Shown: positions 28,732 through 39,325 of the stretch, one piece after another
Layout of the letters: each line of letters opens with the position of its first letter
How positions within the stretch are numbered: the stretch's first letter is position 1
Origin: an uncultured Chitinophagales bacterium
Lineage (GTDB): Bacteria; Bacteroidota; Rhodothermia; Balneolales; HLUCCA01
Reading direction: 5' to 3'
Assembly (NCBI GenBank): GCA_964550435.1
Contig: CAZJZI010000008.1
Coordinates: 94-64,093 of the forward strand
Length of the DNA stretch: 64,000 nt
Made by a program: the position numbers and the translations under genes
Notes under the pieces: model-generated
Databases searched by the model: none
What the model was told of the DNA's origin: nothing
The model's input: the letters and a program-made list of their open reading frames with translations, nothing else

Positions 28732-29301
28732 ATGAATAAAAGTTTTGAAGAGCAAGTTACTATTGAAGCGTTGAAGAATGTGAGTCTTTATAAAGCCGTT
28801 ATTATTATATTAATGGTCAGCGCTTTGGCTTTTTTGTTTTTGGTTTGGCTGATTTATTTCAAAGATACACCAGAAAATGTGGCCAGTTGGGTTTATAACC
28901 TCCCTGCATTGAACGCTACATTCAATTCGATCAGCACAATTTTACTGATTCTAGGTCTGCGCGAAATAAAAAAACGTCAATTTGATAAACACATGCGCTT
29001 CATGCTGGGTGCTTTTGCAATGTCGACACTGTTTCTTGTCAGTTATGTGGTCTATCATAACTTTATTGGACATACACCATTTCCTGGACAGGGTATCATA
29101 CGACCGGTGTATTTTTTCATCCTCATCTCACACATTATATTGTCAGCGGCTGTCGTACCTCTGATTCTGACCAGCTTCTTTTTTGCCTTCTCAGGAAAGT
29201 TTAAATCTCACAGAAAGATTTCAAAAATTACGTTCCCGATTTGGTTGTATGTTTCAGTGACCGGAGTCATGATCTTCTTTATTCTTAACGCTTATATCTG
29301 A
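28732..29301 (+). CDS. DUF420 membrane protein (CtaM-like, oxidase-associated family)
   Basis: 189 aa with 4 TM helices. LPALNATFNSISTILLILGLREIKKRQFDKHMRFMLGAFAMSTLFLVSYVVYH matches the DUF420 pattern. Confidence 0.82.
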   Translation: MNKSFEEQVTIEALKNVSLYKAVIIILMVSALAFLFLVWLIYFKDTPENVASWVYNLPALNATFNSISTILLILGLREIKKRQFDKHMRFMLGAFAMSTLFLVSYVVYHNFIGHTPFPGQGIIRPVYFFILISHIILSAAVVPLILTSFFFAFSGKFKSHRKISKITFPIWLYVSVTGVMIFFILNAYI

Positions 29302-29523
29302 TCTACTATTTGTGAACTTATTCCAATAGTCCTTGATATCTTTATTATTTAAAGACTTCCAAGGCTTATTAAACTAATCACAAAACAAGCATAAAATCGA
29401 AGGTTTTTTAGTTTTTATGCAGTATTTTTACTCCGACTTCGAAGGTTCAGAAAAGGCTTATGTATATTGTTTAGAATTTATACAAATAAGCTTTTGGCGG
29501 TCCGTCAGGTAAGCATTAAATCG

Positions 29524-29531
29524 TATATTTG
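29524..29531 (+). promoter_or_regulatory. Candidate -7 promoter box TATATTTG upstream of actA
   Basis: It matches the Bacteroidota TAnnTTTG consensus and lies 70 nt upstream of the actA ATG. There is no TTTG at the ideal -33 spacing. Confidence 0.3.
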
Positions 29532-29600
29532 CGAACTGTATTTGCATCTGTACGACAACCAATCGTACGAACACGAATAACTTACAACAACTGGTCAAAC

Positions 29601-30248
29601 ATGGCTCAATTATTTCCGGAATGGAGTAATCGTGTACCCCGCGTGATACTCATTGGATTAATTTTATTAGTAACCTCTATCGTCTTCGGTTTCTGGTATT
29701 TCGCATCGCCAAAGTACATGGAAGTAGGTTACGCTCCTAAACAACCTATCGACTATAGCCACCGCTTACATGCTGGTGAACTCGGCATAGATTGCCGTTA
29801 CTGTCATACCTCAGTTGAAGTGTCTGCGGTTGCGTCCATCCCTCCTTCACAGACTTGTATGAACTGCCATAATGCAATTAAGCCCGACAGCGACAAATTG
29901 GCTGAACTACGCAAAAGTTGGGAAGAAGGCACAGCTGTTGAGTGGGTAAAGGTACACGACATCCCAGATTACAGTTATTTCAACCACGCAGCTCACGTGA
30001 ATGCGGGAGTTGGGTGTGCTTCGTGTCATGGGCGCGTAGATAGAATGGAAGTTGTGATGCAAACACAACCATTGAGTATGGGATGGTGTCTGGATTGCCA
30101 CACCGCACCTGAACCACATTTACGTCCGATTGACCAGATCACGAACATGGGTTGGCAGGCTCCTGAGAACCAGTACGAACTGGCTGCTCAAATTATAGCC
30201 AAGAAAAATATTGCCCCGCCAATCTATTGTAACGCGTGCCACAGATAA
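29601..30248 (+). CDS. actA: Alternative complex III subunit ActA (pentahaem cytochrome c)
   Basis: It has five CXXCH motifs (CRYCH, CMNCH, CASCH, CLDCH, CNACH) and an N-terminal TM anchor. The track start at 29529 is a TTG; the ATG at 29601 (MAQLFPEW) is preferred. Confidence 0.88.
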   Translation: MAQLFPEWSNRVPRVILIGLILLVTSIVFGFWYFASPKYMEVGYAPKQPIDYSHRLHAGELGIDCRYCHTSVEVSAVASIPPSQTCMNCHNAIKPDSDKLAELRKSWEEGTAVEWVKVHDIPDYSYFNHAAHVNAGVGCASCHGRVDRMEVVMQTQPLSMGWCLDCHTAPEPHLRPIDQITNMGWQAPENQYELAAQIIAKKNIAPPIYCNACHR

Positions 30249-30284
30249 TCAGATTTTTAACCGAATACACCAACGCTATTTAGC

Positions 30285-33200
30285 ATGAGTAAACAGCAGC
30301 AGCAAACCTACTGGCGAAGTCTGAACGAACTTGCGAACAATGAAGAGTATCGCAAATTTGTAGACCGTGAATTCCCTGAAGACGCTTCAGAGCTTAAAGA
30401 TGGCTACACCCGCAGGAACTTCTTGCAGATCATGGGAGCCTCTATCGCATTAGCTGGATTCGCAGCATGCCGTAAGCCCGTACAGAAGATTGTTCCTCAA
30501 ACACGTATGCCCGAATATACTGTAGCCGGAAAACAGGTGTTCTATGCTACGAGTATTCCATTCATGGGATACACAACCGGACTACTTGTCGAAACAAATG
30601 CAGGTCGTCCGACTAAAATCGAGGGTAATCCTGATCACCCTGCAAGCCTTGGTTCTACCAACACATTCCAGCAGGCTGCCATCCTAGATCTATACGATCC
30701 AGACAGGAGTCGATCAGTCAGATTCAACGGAGAAACCCGTACTTTTGCAGATTTTGTGACTACCAGTAATGAGTTATTGAATGCTTCCAGTAATATCGTA
30801 TTTGTAACCGAAGCAAACTCTTCAGCTACGCTAAACCGATTCAAGCGTGAGGCACTAGCCAAGTATCCAAACGCTAAATGGGTAACGTTTGAACCGTTTG
30901 GTGAAGAGAATCAACTATTAGGTTCTCAAATCGCATTTGGCCGAAAACTTCGTGTCTCTCCCGACCTAAGCAAAGCTAGAGTAATCATCAGTTTAGATGC
31001 TGATTTTATGGGTACTGGCGCAGATAGTGTTCGCAATATTAAAGGTTTCACCAGAGGACGTAAAATCAACACCTCCAGTGATGATATAAACAGACTTTAT
31101 GTTGCTGAGGCTAATTACAGTCTTACTGGATCCAATGCAGATCACAGACTCAGAATCAAAACAAGCGACATCAAGCCATTCGTTTTTGCCCTAGCTGCAA
31201 AACTATCTGAATCAGTGAGTGGAATGAGTGCTTTCGCTGGGTATTCTAATGCGTTTTCCAGTCATGAGTGGATTAGTATACTTGCCGACGAACTACGTTC
31301 AAACAATGGACAATCGGTGCTTCTTGCCGGGGCAGATTATGATGCAGAAACACATGCTGTTGTAGCTGCAATTAACGTTGCCGTTGGAAATGCAGGTTCA
31401 ACAGTTACGTATCTCGAGGTCCCTCACGTTGACGAAGCAAATCAACATACACTCTTCGCTGATGCTGTTACACAAATGGCAAGCGGATCCGTTGACGCGG
31501 TAGTAATGCTGGGCACAAATCCAGTATACAATGCGCCCAAAGACTTAAACGTGGCAGATGCACTAAGTAAGGTGCCATTCACTGTACATCTAGCCAACCA
31601 TTACGACGAAACCTCCAGAGCATGTAAATGGCACATAAACCGTGCTCATTTCCTTGAATATTGGGGAGACGGATATGATTTCACAGGTGTTCCATCTGTG
31701 ATACAACCAATGATTCAACCATTGTTTGGTGGAAAAAGCGAAATTGAAGTTCTTGGTGCTATAGTTAAAGGTGCTGAGATCAATGCTTCAGATGAGGTAC
31801 GCTCCACGATGGGGGCAATACTTGGCTCCTCAGATAACTCAGCTTGGAGATCTCTTCTTCATGACGGAATGGTGAAAGATTTTCAGTTCCGTGATGCGAA
31901 TGTATCAATTTCTGGTGGTTTTGCCAGTGCGATTCAAACCGCTGCGTCTAGTATTTCTACTTCCGGAAATGAAATGGAAGTTACTATAAAACCAGATGCC
32001 AAGCTCTTCGACGGTCGATTCTCCAATAATGGCTGGCTCATGGAGCTTCCTGATCCAATTACAAAACTCACGTGGGACGCTGTTGCGCTCATAAGCCCAA
32101 CTACTGCCGAGTCTTTGGGAATCAGAATTCGAAAATTTGGTGATTACACCTATGACTTACTTCGCATTGAAGTAAATGGACGTTCTGTTGAAATGCCAGC
32201 ATGGGTATTACCTGGTCATGTGGATAACGCTATAACCGTCACAACCGGATACGGTCGTGATCAAATTGGACGTGTGGCAAATGGTGTTGGGTTCAATGCC
32301 TGGGAACTATACACCACCGACACCCAACTTTTCGCTAGAAACGCTTCAGTATCAACTACTGGTTCAAAATATGAGTTAGCTTCGACGCAAGACCACCATA
32401 GTATGGAAGGTCGCCCTTTCGTTAGAGAAGCTTCAGTAGCAGAATACCGCGATAATCCACTTTTTGCTGCCAAAATGGTATATGTGCCGGGTAGAAAAGA
32501 AGGCGAAGAATTTGCAATCAATCTTTTTACACCACAAACGTTCCCTGAGCACCAACCTCAGTGGGGTATGGCAATTGATTTGACCACTTGCATTGGATGC
32601 GGAGTTTGTACAATTGCATGTCAGGCCGAGAACAACATCCCTGTAATAGGCAAAACTGAAGTTCGTCGTGGCCGGGAAATGCATTGGATTCGTACCGATC
32701 GATACTTCAGTGGCGATGTCAAAGGTAACCCACAGGTAGTACATCAGCCTGTTCCTTGTATGCAGTGTGAGCTGGCACCTTGTGAGCAGGTTTGTCCAGT
32801 TGCGGCAACTACTCACAGTGATGACGGTCTTAACCAAATGACCTATAATCGTTGTATTGGAACCCGTTACTGCGCAAACAACTGCCCATTCAAAGTTAGA
32901 CGTTTCAACTTCTTCAATTACCCTGTTGAATATCTAACTCAAGGTGACGATCCTGAGGTTATCCAAATGGCAATGAATCCGGATGTATCTGTTCGATTCC
33001 GCGGAGTTATGGAGAAATGTACCTACTGTGTACAAAGAATCAGCAGAGCTAAAATTCAGACCAAACTGGATACCGGTAATTCTTCAAAACCTGCTGATGG
33101 CACAGTCAAGACTGCTTGTCAACAAGCTTGTCCTGCCGATGCTATCACATTTGGCGATCTAACCGACAAAAACAGTATTGTTTCCAGAACAAAAGCAAAC

Positions 33201-33293
33201 GAACGAAACTATTTGCTTCTGGAAGAACTGAACATCAGACCAAGAACATCCTACCTGGCCAAAATCAGAAATCCACATCAGAATCTGGCCTGA
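30285..33293 (+). CDS. actB: Alternative complex III subunit ActB (molybdopterin-oxidoreductase-like + 4Fe-4S domains)
   Basis: 1002 aa with a Tat signal (YTRRNFLQIMGASIALAGFAAC). Fe-S cysteine clusters are CIGCGVCTIAC, CMQCELAPCEQVCP, CIGTRYCANNCP and CTYCVQR. Confidence 0.92.
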   Translation: MSKQQQQTYWRSLNELANNEEYRKFVDREFPEDASELKDGYTRRNFLQIMGASIALAGFAACRKPVQKIVPQTRMPEYTVAGKQVFYATSIPFMGYTTGLLVETNAGRPTKIEGNPDHPASLGSTNTFQQAAILDLYDPDRSRSVRFNGETRTFADFVTTSNELLNASSNIVFVTEANSSATLNRFKREALAKYPNAKWVTFEPFGEENQLLGSQIAFGRKLRVSPDLSKARVIISLDADFMGTGADSVRNIKGFTRGRKINTSSDDINRLYVAEANYSLTGSNADHRLRIKTSDIKPFVFALAAKLSESVSGMSAFAGYSNAFSSHEWISILADELRSNNGQSVLLAGADYDAETHAVVAAINVAVGNAGSTVTYLEVPHVDEANQHTLFADAVTQMASGSVDAVVMLGTNPVYNAPKDLNVADALSKVPFTVHLANHYDETSRACKWHINRAHFLEYWGDGYDFTGVPSVIQPMIQPLFGGKSEIEVLGAIVKGAEINASDEVRSTMGAILGSSDNSAWRSLLHDGMVKDFQFRDANVSISGGFASAIQTAASSISTSGNEMEVTIKPDAKLFDGRFSNNGWLMELPDPITKLTWDAVALISPTTAESLGIRIRKFGDYTYDLLRIEVNGRSVEMPAWVLPGHVDNAITVTTGYGRDQIGRVANGVGFNAWELYTTDTQLFARNASVSTTGSKYELASTQDHHSMEGRPFVREASVAEYRDNPLFAAKMVYVPGRKEGEEFAINLFTPQTFPEHQPQWGMAIDLTTCIGCGVCTIACQAENNIPVIGKTEVRRGREMHWIRTDRYFSGDVKGNPQVVHQPVPCMQCELAPCEQVCPVAATTHSDDGLNQMTYNRCIGTRYCANNCPFKVRRFNFFNYPVEYLTQGDDPEVIQMAMNPDVSVRFRGVMEKCTYCVQRISRAKIQTKLDTGNSSKPADGTVKTACQQACPADAITFGDLTDKNSIVSRTKANERNYLLLEELNIRPRTSYLAKIRNPHQNLA

Positions 33294-33326
33294 TAACAGG
33301 GAATAACAAAAGTAATTGTATCACAA

Positions 33327-34730
33327 ATGAGTCAAAAACTTACCTATATACCTGAACCGGAGTTGGTACATGGTAACCACACTTTCGGAAGTATTACCCG
33401 ATTGGTGGGAGATATCGTAGAAACACCCGCTCCAAAATGGTGGTATGTCGCATTCGCAGTTTCGAATGCTCTTCTTGGACTTTTGCTTGCCATGCTGGCA
33501 TACCTTATCTATGAGGGAACCGGTGTTTGGGGATTAAACAATCCAGTTGGGTGGGGTTGGGCAATCGTCAACTTTGTTTGGTGGGTCGGTATAGGTCACG
33601 CCGGAACCCTGATTTCTGCTATCCTTTTCCTGTTTAGACAGGGATGGAGAACTGCCATCAACCGATTTGCCGAGGCAATGACCATCTTCGCGGTAATGTG
33701 TGCTGGTATCTTTCCCGCTGTTCACGTTGGTCGTATCTGGGTAATTTACTGGGTATTTCCTATCCCAAACCAAATGCAAATGTGGCCGAACTTCAATTCA
33801 CCATTACTTTGGGACGTATTCGCTGTAAGTACTTATTTTACAGTTTCACTTCTATTTTGGTATGTTGGATTGGTACCTGACTTTGCAACACTTCGTGATC
33901 GTGTAAAAAGCAAATTAGGTCGTGTTCTTTACGGTACATTCGCTTTGGGTTGGACAGGTGGTAACCGTCAATGGCAACACTACGAGAAAGCCTACATGAT
34001 TTTAGCAGGTCTTGCTACCCCGCTGGTACTTTCTGTTCACACCATTGTATCCTTTGACTTTGCTGTATCCATCGTACCCGGATGGCACACCACTATCTTC
34101 CCTCCTTACTTTGTTGCCGGTGCAGTTTTCTCTGGTTTTGCAATGGTAATGACTCTGATGCTCATCACTCGTAAGATTTACGGTCTTGAAGACATCATGA
34201 CAATCAATCACGTTGAGAAAATGAATATTATTATCCTGGTGACAGGTAACATGGTTGGTTTCGCCTACATTATGGAGTTTTTCATAGCATGGTACGGTGG
34301 TGTTGAGTACGAGAAAGCAGCATTCATAAACAGGGCAATGGGGCCCTATGCCTGGGCATATTGGACAATGTTCCTCTGTAATGTGATATCACCTCAATTC
34401 TTCTGGTCTAAAAAAATGAGGACAAGCATTACCGCATCCTTCATTCTTTCAATTGTGGTGAACATCGGAATGTGGTTTGAACGGTTTGTTATTACCGTGA
34501 CGTCACTTGCCCAAGACTTCCTACCATCTTCCTGGGGATACTACAGCCCAACTTGGGTAGACATCCTAACCTACGTCGGAACCTTTGGACTGTTCTTCAC
34601 CAACTTCCTGCTTTTCCTTCGCTTCTTGCCCATGGTTGCCATAGCTGAAATCAAAATGGTATTACCACAAGCCGACCCTCATTACTATGATGAGGATGGC
34701 AACGAGCCAAATGCGAAGAATGCTCACTAA
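33327..34730 (+). CDS. actC: Alternative complex III subunit ActC (NrfD/PsrC-like quinol-binding membrane subunit)
   Basis: 467 aa polytopic membrane protein of NrfD-like character, in the canonical position after actB. Confidence 0.9.
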   Translation: MSQKLTYIPEPELVHGNHTFGSITRLVGDIVETPAPKWWYVAFAVSNALLGLLLAMLAYLIYEGTGVWGLNNPVGWGWAIVNFVWWVGIGHAGTLISAILFLFRQGWRTAINRFAEAMTIFAVMCAGIFPAVHVGRIWVIYWVFPIPNQMQMWPNFNSPLLWDVFAVSTYFTVSLLFWYVGLVPDFATLRDRVKSKLGRVLYGTFALGWTGGNRQWQHYEKAYMILAGLATPLVLSVHTIVSFDFAVSIVPGWHTTIFPPYFVAGAVFSGFAMVMTLMLITRKIYGLEDIMTINHVEKMNIIILVTGNMVGFAYIMEFFIAWYGGVEYEKAAFINRAMGPYAWAYWTMFLCNVISPQFFWSKKMRTSITASFILSIVVNIGMWFERFVITVTSLAQDFLPSSWGYYSPTWVDILTYVGTFGLFFTNFLLFLRFLPMVAIAEIKMVLPQADPHYYDEDGNEPNAKNAH

Positions 34731-34756
34731 TTTTTGAAACGCTAACATCCCAAAAG

Positions 34757-35302
34757 ATGAAAGATCAACAAAATAAATCAACCTTCGGTATCCTCGCGGA
34801 ATTCAAAAATCCGGGTCACCTCATGAAGGCAGCCAAACTTACCAACAAGGCTGGATATACCAAATTTGATTGCCACAGCTCCTTTCCAATACACGGAATG
34901 GATGATGCAATGGGTTTGAAACCATCAAAATTAGGATTCATAGTACTAGGTCACGCCTTACTCGGATTCTTTGGCGGCCTAGCGCTTCAGGCTTGGTCCG
35001 CAAGTATTGCTTATCCGGTTAACATCAGTGGAAAACCATTTTTGAACTGGCCGGCATTTGTCCCTGTTACTTTTGAGTTAACGATTCTTCTGTCCGCTTT
35101 TGGTGCAGTATTTGGTATGTTCTTTTTAAACAACATGCCTAAACACCATAATCCGTTATTTAACTCAGAAACTTTCAAAAAAACCACTGATGATGGGTTC
35201 TTTGTAGTTATTGAGTCATCCGATCCACTCTACAATGAAGAGAAAACCCGCAGGTTTCTCGAAGATGCAGGTGCGATACACATTGAAACTATCGAAAACT
35301 AA
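34757..35302 (+). CDS. actD: Alternative complex III subunit ActD (DUF3341)
   Basis: 181 aa with a soluble N-domain (GILAEFKNPGHLMKAAK), two TM helices and a C-terminal soluble part. Its position in the operon fits ActD. Confidence 0.85.
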   Translation: MKDQQNKSTFGILAEFKNPGHLMKAAKLTNKAGYTKFDCHSSFPIHGMDDAMGLKPSKLGFIVLGHALLGFFGGLALQAWSASIAYPVNISGKPFLNWPAFVPVTFELTILLSAFGAVFGMFFLNNMPKHHNPLFNSETFKKTTDDGFFVVIESSDPLYNEEKTRRFLEDAGAIHIETIEN

Positions 35303-35328
35303 ATCGAAGTACTGATAAACAACGTTCT

Positions 35329-35967
35329 ATGTCTATTTCAAGAACAATAATGGCTATCACACTGACAGCAGCTCTCACTGGATGTCAAGGTATGCCGTCT
35401 GAAAAACCACCTGTTCACGTCAATCCGAACATGGACTGGCAGGATCGATTTAATGCACAGGAAGTAAATCCATTCTTTGATGACAATCGTGCAGACAGGC
35501 AGCCTGTTGAAGGTACTGTCAGCCGTGGGGATTTACAGGCTGACCTTGCATACTATCAGGGAATCGAAGATAACGGCGATTTTGTTGCTAAGATTCCGGC
35601 AACTGTATCAGCCGAGATGATCATGCGTGGAAAAGAACGATTCAAAATTTACTGCAGTATGTGTCACGGTGGAACAGGTGCAGGTAATGGAATCATTACA
35701 AACTATGGTATTGTTCCACCGCCCTCCTTTTATGACGAGCGTATCGTAAATATGTCGGATGGGGAGATTTACAGTGCAATCTACAATGGTGTAAGAACGA
35801 TGTCATCATACCGCCATCAAATACCAGTAGAAGACCGCTGGGCAATCGTTTCATATATTCGTACGCTTCAAAGAAGCCATGCGGTTACTGAACAGGAACT
35901 AGCTCGTTTTGGCACTAGTGCCGACCAAATTAGATCAGCTTCAAGCAACGAAGCATCAGCTGAATAA
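35329..35967 (+). CDS. actE: Alternative complex III subunit ActE (monohaem cytochrome c lipoprotein)
   Basis: 212 aa with a lipobox (LTAALTGC) and a single CSMCH haem motif. Confidence 0.85.
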   Translation: MSISRTIMAITLTAALTGCQGMPSEKPPVHVNPNMDWQDRFNAQEVNPFFDDNRADRQPVEGTVSRGDLQADLAYYQGIEDNGDFVAKIPATVSAEMIMRGKERFKIYCSMCHGGTGAGNGIITNYGIVPPPSFYDERIVNMSDGEIYSAIYNGVRTMSSYRHQIPVEDRWAIVSYIRTLQRSHAVTEQELARFGTSADQIRSASSNEASAE

Positions 35968-35994
35968 GATTATCACCCACTAGCGATAGAATTT

Positions 35995-37179
35995 ATGCAT
36001 CACGCAAAAATTACAGACAACCTTACTTATCCAGAGCAGGAAAACACGCATAAACTGTTTTACGGTGTTGCTGTTGTTGGTGCTTTGGCAAGTGTACTTG
36101 GATATTTCAGTAATCCGGACCAATTCTTTTTCTCATACCTAACCAGTTTTGCTTTCTTTGCAAGTATTACGCTTGGTTGCCTATTCTTTGTGATGATCCA
36201 TCACATCACCAGGTCTGAATACGGTGTTACGCTACGACGAATTCCTGAAACCTTTGCCAAAAACATATATGTCTTTGGTTTTCTGTTTATTCCAATCGTT
36301 ATAGGTGTCGAGAACTTATATCTATGGACCGATGAAGAGCTACTTGCTACCAGTAAGCTCATTGCAGGCAAGACCCCATACCTGAATATTCCATTCTTTA
36401 TCGCTCGTAATATCCTTTACTTCACCATTTGGGGATATATGGGCTATAAACTGTACAAAAACTCTGTCGCAATGGATAAATCAGGCGATTGGGGACTGGA
36501 ACTTGCTCAGCGCAAGATTGCTGGTCCTGGCTTGTTTATCTTTGGTTTCACAGTATCTTTTGCTGCTTTCGACTGGATGATGAGCCTTGATCCGCCATGG
36601 TTCTCAACTATGTTTGGTGTGTACTATTTTGCTATGACATTTCAGGTGTTTTTTGCTGTTACCATCGTAACAGTGTTATTCCTACACAAAAAAGGACTCC
36701 TGTTGAATACCATCAGACTTCCACATCTCACTGATATGTCTAGACTGATGTTTGGATTCACTGTGTTCTATGCTTATATCGCATTTAGCCAGTATTTCCT
36801 TATTTACTATGCAAACATTCCGGAAGAAACACTGTGGTACTACCACAGATTGGAAGGAAGTTGGGAAAACTTCACTTGGTTGCTGTTAGTTGGGCGTTTC
36901 ATCATTCCATTTATCCTGCTTTTACCAGCAGCGGCCAAGTCAAACATGAAATTGGTTGGTGCAATATCAGTATGGTTGATCATCGTTCACTTTATTGAGC
37001 TTCATTGGATCATCATGCCAACAATCCACCATCATGGTATACATTTCCACTGGCTTGACATTACAACGCTCCTAGCCATCGGCGGATTGATAATCGGATT
37101 GTTCTTCCAACAATTGAAAAAAGAGAATATGGTTGCCAATAACGACCCTAAGCTCGAAACATCTTTAAATAAGCACTGA
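35995..37179 (+). CDS. actF: Alternative complex III subunit ActF (ActC-related membrane subunit)
   Basis: 394 aa polytopic membrane protein directly after actE. Size and position match ActF. Confidence 0.82.
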   Translation: MHHAKITDNLTYPEQENTHKLFYGVAVVGALASVLGYFSNPDQFFFSYLTSFAFFASITLGCLFFVMIHHITRSEYGVTLRRIPETFAKNIYVFGFLFIPIVIGVENLYLWTDEELLATSKLIAGKTPYLNIPFFIARNILYFTIWGYMGYKLYKNSVAMDKSGDWGLELAQRKIAGPGLFIFGFTVSFAAFDWMMSLDPPWFSTMFGVYYFAMTFQVFFAVTIVTVLFLHKKGLLLNTIRLPHLTDMSRLMFGFTVFYAYIAFSQYFLIYYANIPEETLWYYHRLEGSWENFTWLLLVGRFIIPFILLLPAAAKSNMKLVGAISVWLIIVHFIELHWIIMPTIHHHGIHFHWLDITTLLAIGGLIIGLFFQQLKKENMVANNDPKLETSLNKH

Positions 37180-37193
37180 TTTAACTCAAGACC

Positions 37194-37550
37194 ATGTCAA
37201 AAAGTTCTAAAGACCTTAACGAGTTTCTGACCGATAAAGAAAACATTGAGTCACTTCAATTAGGTGCAACACCCGATAAACTCAATTACAAGAACCTGTT
37301 TGGATTAACTCTTGCCGGTATTTTGTTGGTTATTGCATTAGTGTTCTTTGCATACACCTATTTCAATTATCTCAGTTTCAAACAGACACAAGAAGCAGCT
37401 GAGTCAGCCGTTTATTATCAATTGGAGACTCTCATGGGTAATGACGCAGAAATTTTAAACAACTACGGTGTCGTAGATGCTGATGCGGGAATTTATCGTG
37501 TCCCAGTTGACTCCGCCACCACTTTAGTAGTTGAAGATTACCAGAATTAA
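37194..37550 (+). CDS. Small single-TM protein between actF and SCO (possible accessory subunit)
   Basis: 118 aa with one TM (LFGLTLAGILLVIALVFFAY). It is tightly packed in the operon, 14 nt after actF, and overlaps the next ORF. Confidence 0.6.
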   Translation: MSKSSKDLNEFLTDKENIESLQLGATPDKLNYKNLFGLTLAGILLVIALVFFAYTYFNYLSFKQTQEAAESAVYYQLETLMGNDAEILNNYGVVDADAGIYRVPVDSATTLVVEDYQN

Positions 37551-38358
37551 TTTGAAGATTTTAGTATACATATCGTTCCTATTTCTTATTGTAACCAGCT
37601 CCATAGCTCAAGTGTCTGATCTGCCACCAGAGCTACGCGATGTAGGAATAGAAGAACGCCTTGGGGATAAAGTTCCTTTAGATGTTACTTTTATCAATGA
37701 AAATGGGGAGCAAGTTACACTAGGTGACTATTTCAAGAGTGGTAAGCCTGTAATTATTACCCCAATTTATTTTGAGTGCCCTATGTTATGTAATCTCATA
37801 ATAAATGGACTTACAGATGGATTGAAGGAGTTGGATTGGGAACCCGGAAATCAGTTTGAAATTGTTACATTCAGTATCGATCCAAATGAGGGGTACGAAC
37901 TCGCAGCTCAGAAGAAGGAAAGCTACATTAGGCTATTAGGCAATCCGGATGCTGCTTCTGGTTGGCACTTCTTGACCACTGATCAGCAGAATATTGACCG
38001 TATGACCGATGCACTTGGATTCAAATTCAAGTGGAGCGACGAGGCACAGGAATTCTTACATGGTTCAGCAATCATGTTTATTAGTCCAAATGGTCAAATC
38101 ACTCGATATTTGTACGGCATTGAATACCCGCAACTTAGCCTTAGAAACGCACTTTTTGATGCTGCAGAGGGTAAAATTGGCACGGTAATGGATAAAGTAG
38201 TGTTGTACTGCTATACCTATGATCCTGACAGCCGATCTTATGTAGCAAGTGCCGTAAATATCATGAAGCTTGGTGGATTGGTAACCCTTTTGGGACTCAG
38301 TATCTTCTTGGGACTTCTCTGGTTCAGAAAGAATACATCGAAAACAACTAACGTTTAA
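37531..38358 (+). CDS. SCO1/SenC-family copper chaperone
   Basis: It has a thioredoxin-like fold with CPMLC and a downstream His (FLHGSAIMFISPNG), plus a C-terminal TM. There is no in-frame ATG before the conserved core, so the start must be a TTG at 37531 or 37552. Confidence 0.85.
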   Translation: MKITRINLKILVYISFLFLIVTSSIAQVSDLPPELRDVGIEERLGDKVPLDVTFINENGEQVTLGDYFKSGKPVIITPIYFECPMLCNLIINGLTDGLKELDWEPGNQFEIVTFSIDPNEGYELAAQKKESYIRLLGNPDAASGWHFLTTDQQNIDRMTDALGFKFKWSDEAQEFLHGSAIMFISPNGQITRYLYGIEYPQLSLRNALFDAAEGKIGTVMDKVVLYCYTYDPDSRSYVASAVNIMKLGGLVTLLGLSIFLGLLWFRKNTSKTTNV

Positions 38359-38375
38359 ATTTAGCATAACTAAAC

Positions 38376-39323
38376 ATGCTGGAGATTATTAATAGATTTA
38401 TCCTACCCCCTGTCAACTCAACCGTTGCCAGTGATGTAGATGCATTGTTTACATTCATAAATGTGACCAGTGCCATCCTGTTGCTTGGTATTACAGCAGC
38501 AATCATTTATTTCGCTGTAAAATACAAGCGTAAGTCTGAGGATGACGTTACCCCGGTTATTAAGCACAATACAGCGCTTGAAGTCACCTGGACCGTTATA
38601 CCTTTGATTCTGATCCTAATCGTATTCTTTTGGGGTTTCAGAGGTTACGTCGATATGAGAAATGCACCAGACAATTCGTACGAAGTTTATGTCACTGCTA
38701 ACTCATTTTTCTGGCAATTTACCCACCCGAATGGAGTGCAGACAACTGGTGAGTTACATGTTCCGAATGGAAGACCCGTAAAACTTGTAATGCAATCAAG
38801 AGATGTGATTCACTCCTTCTTCGTGCCTGATTTCCGAATCAAACAAGACGTTCTTCCAGGACGATATACTACAGCTTGGTTTCAGACAAAAAATGCCGGA
38901 GAGTCAGTAGTATTCTGTACAGAATACTGTGGAACCGGTCACTCTGATATGATGGCCAAAGTTATATCTTTGGAGCCAGCACAGTTCGACGCCTGGCTTG
39001 CTGATGCTAAAGCAGAGTCTGAAAAAGAGTTACCACTGGCCGAACTGGGCCGTCAACTCTATCAACAACAAGGTTGCTTAGGTTGCCATTCTGTTGACGG
39101 AAGCGAAATGATAGGACCAACATTTGCAGGCCTTTTCGGAAAAGAAAGAAACTTCACAGATGGGACCACAGCAGTAGCTGATGAAGAATACTTACGTGAG
39201 TCAATTTATGAGCCTAGAAACAAAATAGTTGAAGGATATAATCCAGTTATGATTTCATATCAAGGTATTCTTAATGACCAACAAGTCAACGCATTAATCG
39301 AATTTATTAAGGAGCAGAATTAA
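38376..39323 (+). CDS. coxB: Cytochrome c oxidase subunit II with fused C-terminal cytochrome c domain (caa3 type)
   Basis: It has the CuA site [13 protein letters not shown] .. [12 protein letters not shown] and a C-terminal CLGCH haem c motif. Confidence 0.92.
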   Translation: MLEIINRFILPPVNSTVASDVDALFTFINVTSAILLLGITAAIIYFAVKYKRKSEDDVTPVIKHNTALEVTWTVIPLILILIVFFWGFRGYVDMRNAPDNSYEVYVTANSFFWQFTHPNGVQTTGELHVPNGRPVKLVMQSRDVIHSFFVPDFRIKQDVLPGRYTTAWFQTKNAGESVVFCTEYCGTGHSDMMAKVISLEPAQFDAWLADAKAESEKELPLAELGRQLYQQQGCLGCHSVDGSEMIGPTFAGLFGKERNFTDGTTAVADEEYLRESIYEPRNKIVEGYNPVMISYQGILNDQQVNALIEFIKEQN

Positions 39324-39325
39324 AT

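Noticed and set aside
29529-29600. N-terminal extensions from non-ATG starts in the ORF track: actA 29529, rodZ-like 17415, comF 17272, GT4 52742, SDR 52703, hutG 60395, hutI 61605, and 12543
   Set aside because: Each begins at a TTG or GTG and adds residues upstream of a canonical N-terminus, such as a Rossmann GxGxxG at residue 7 or a signal peptide. The first in-frame ATG gives the expected protein. The starts remain predictions.
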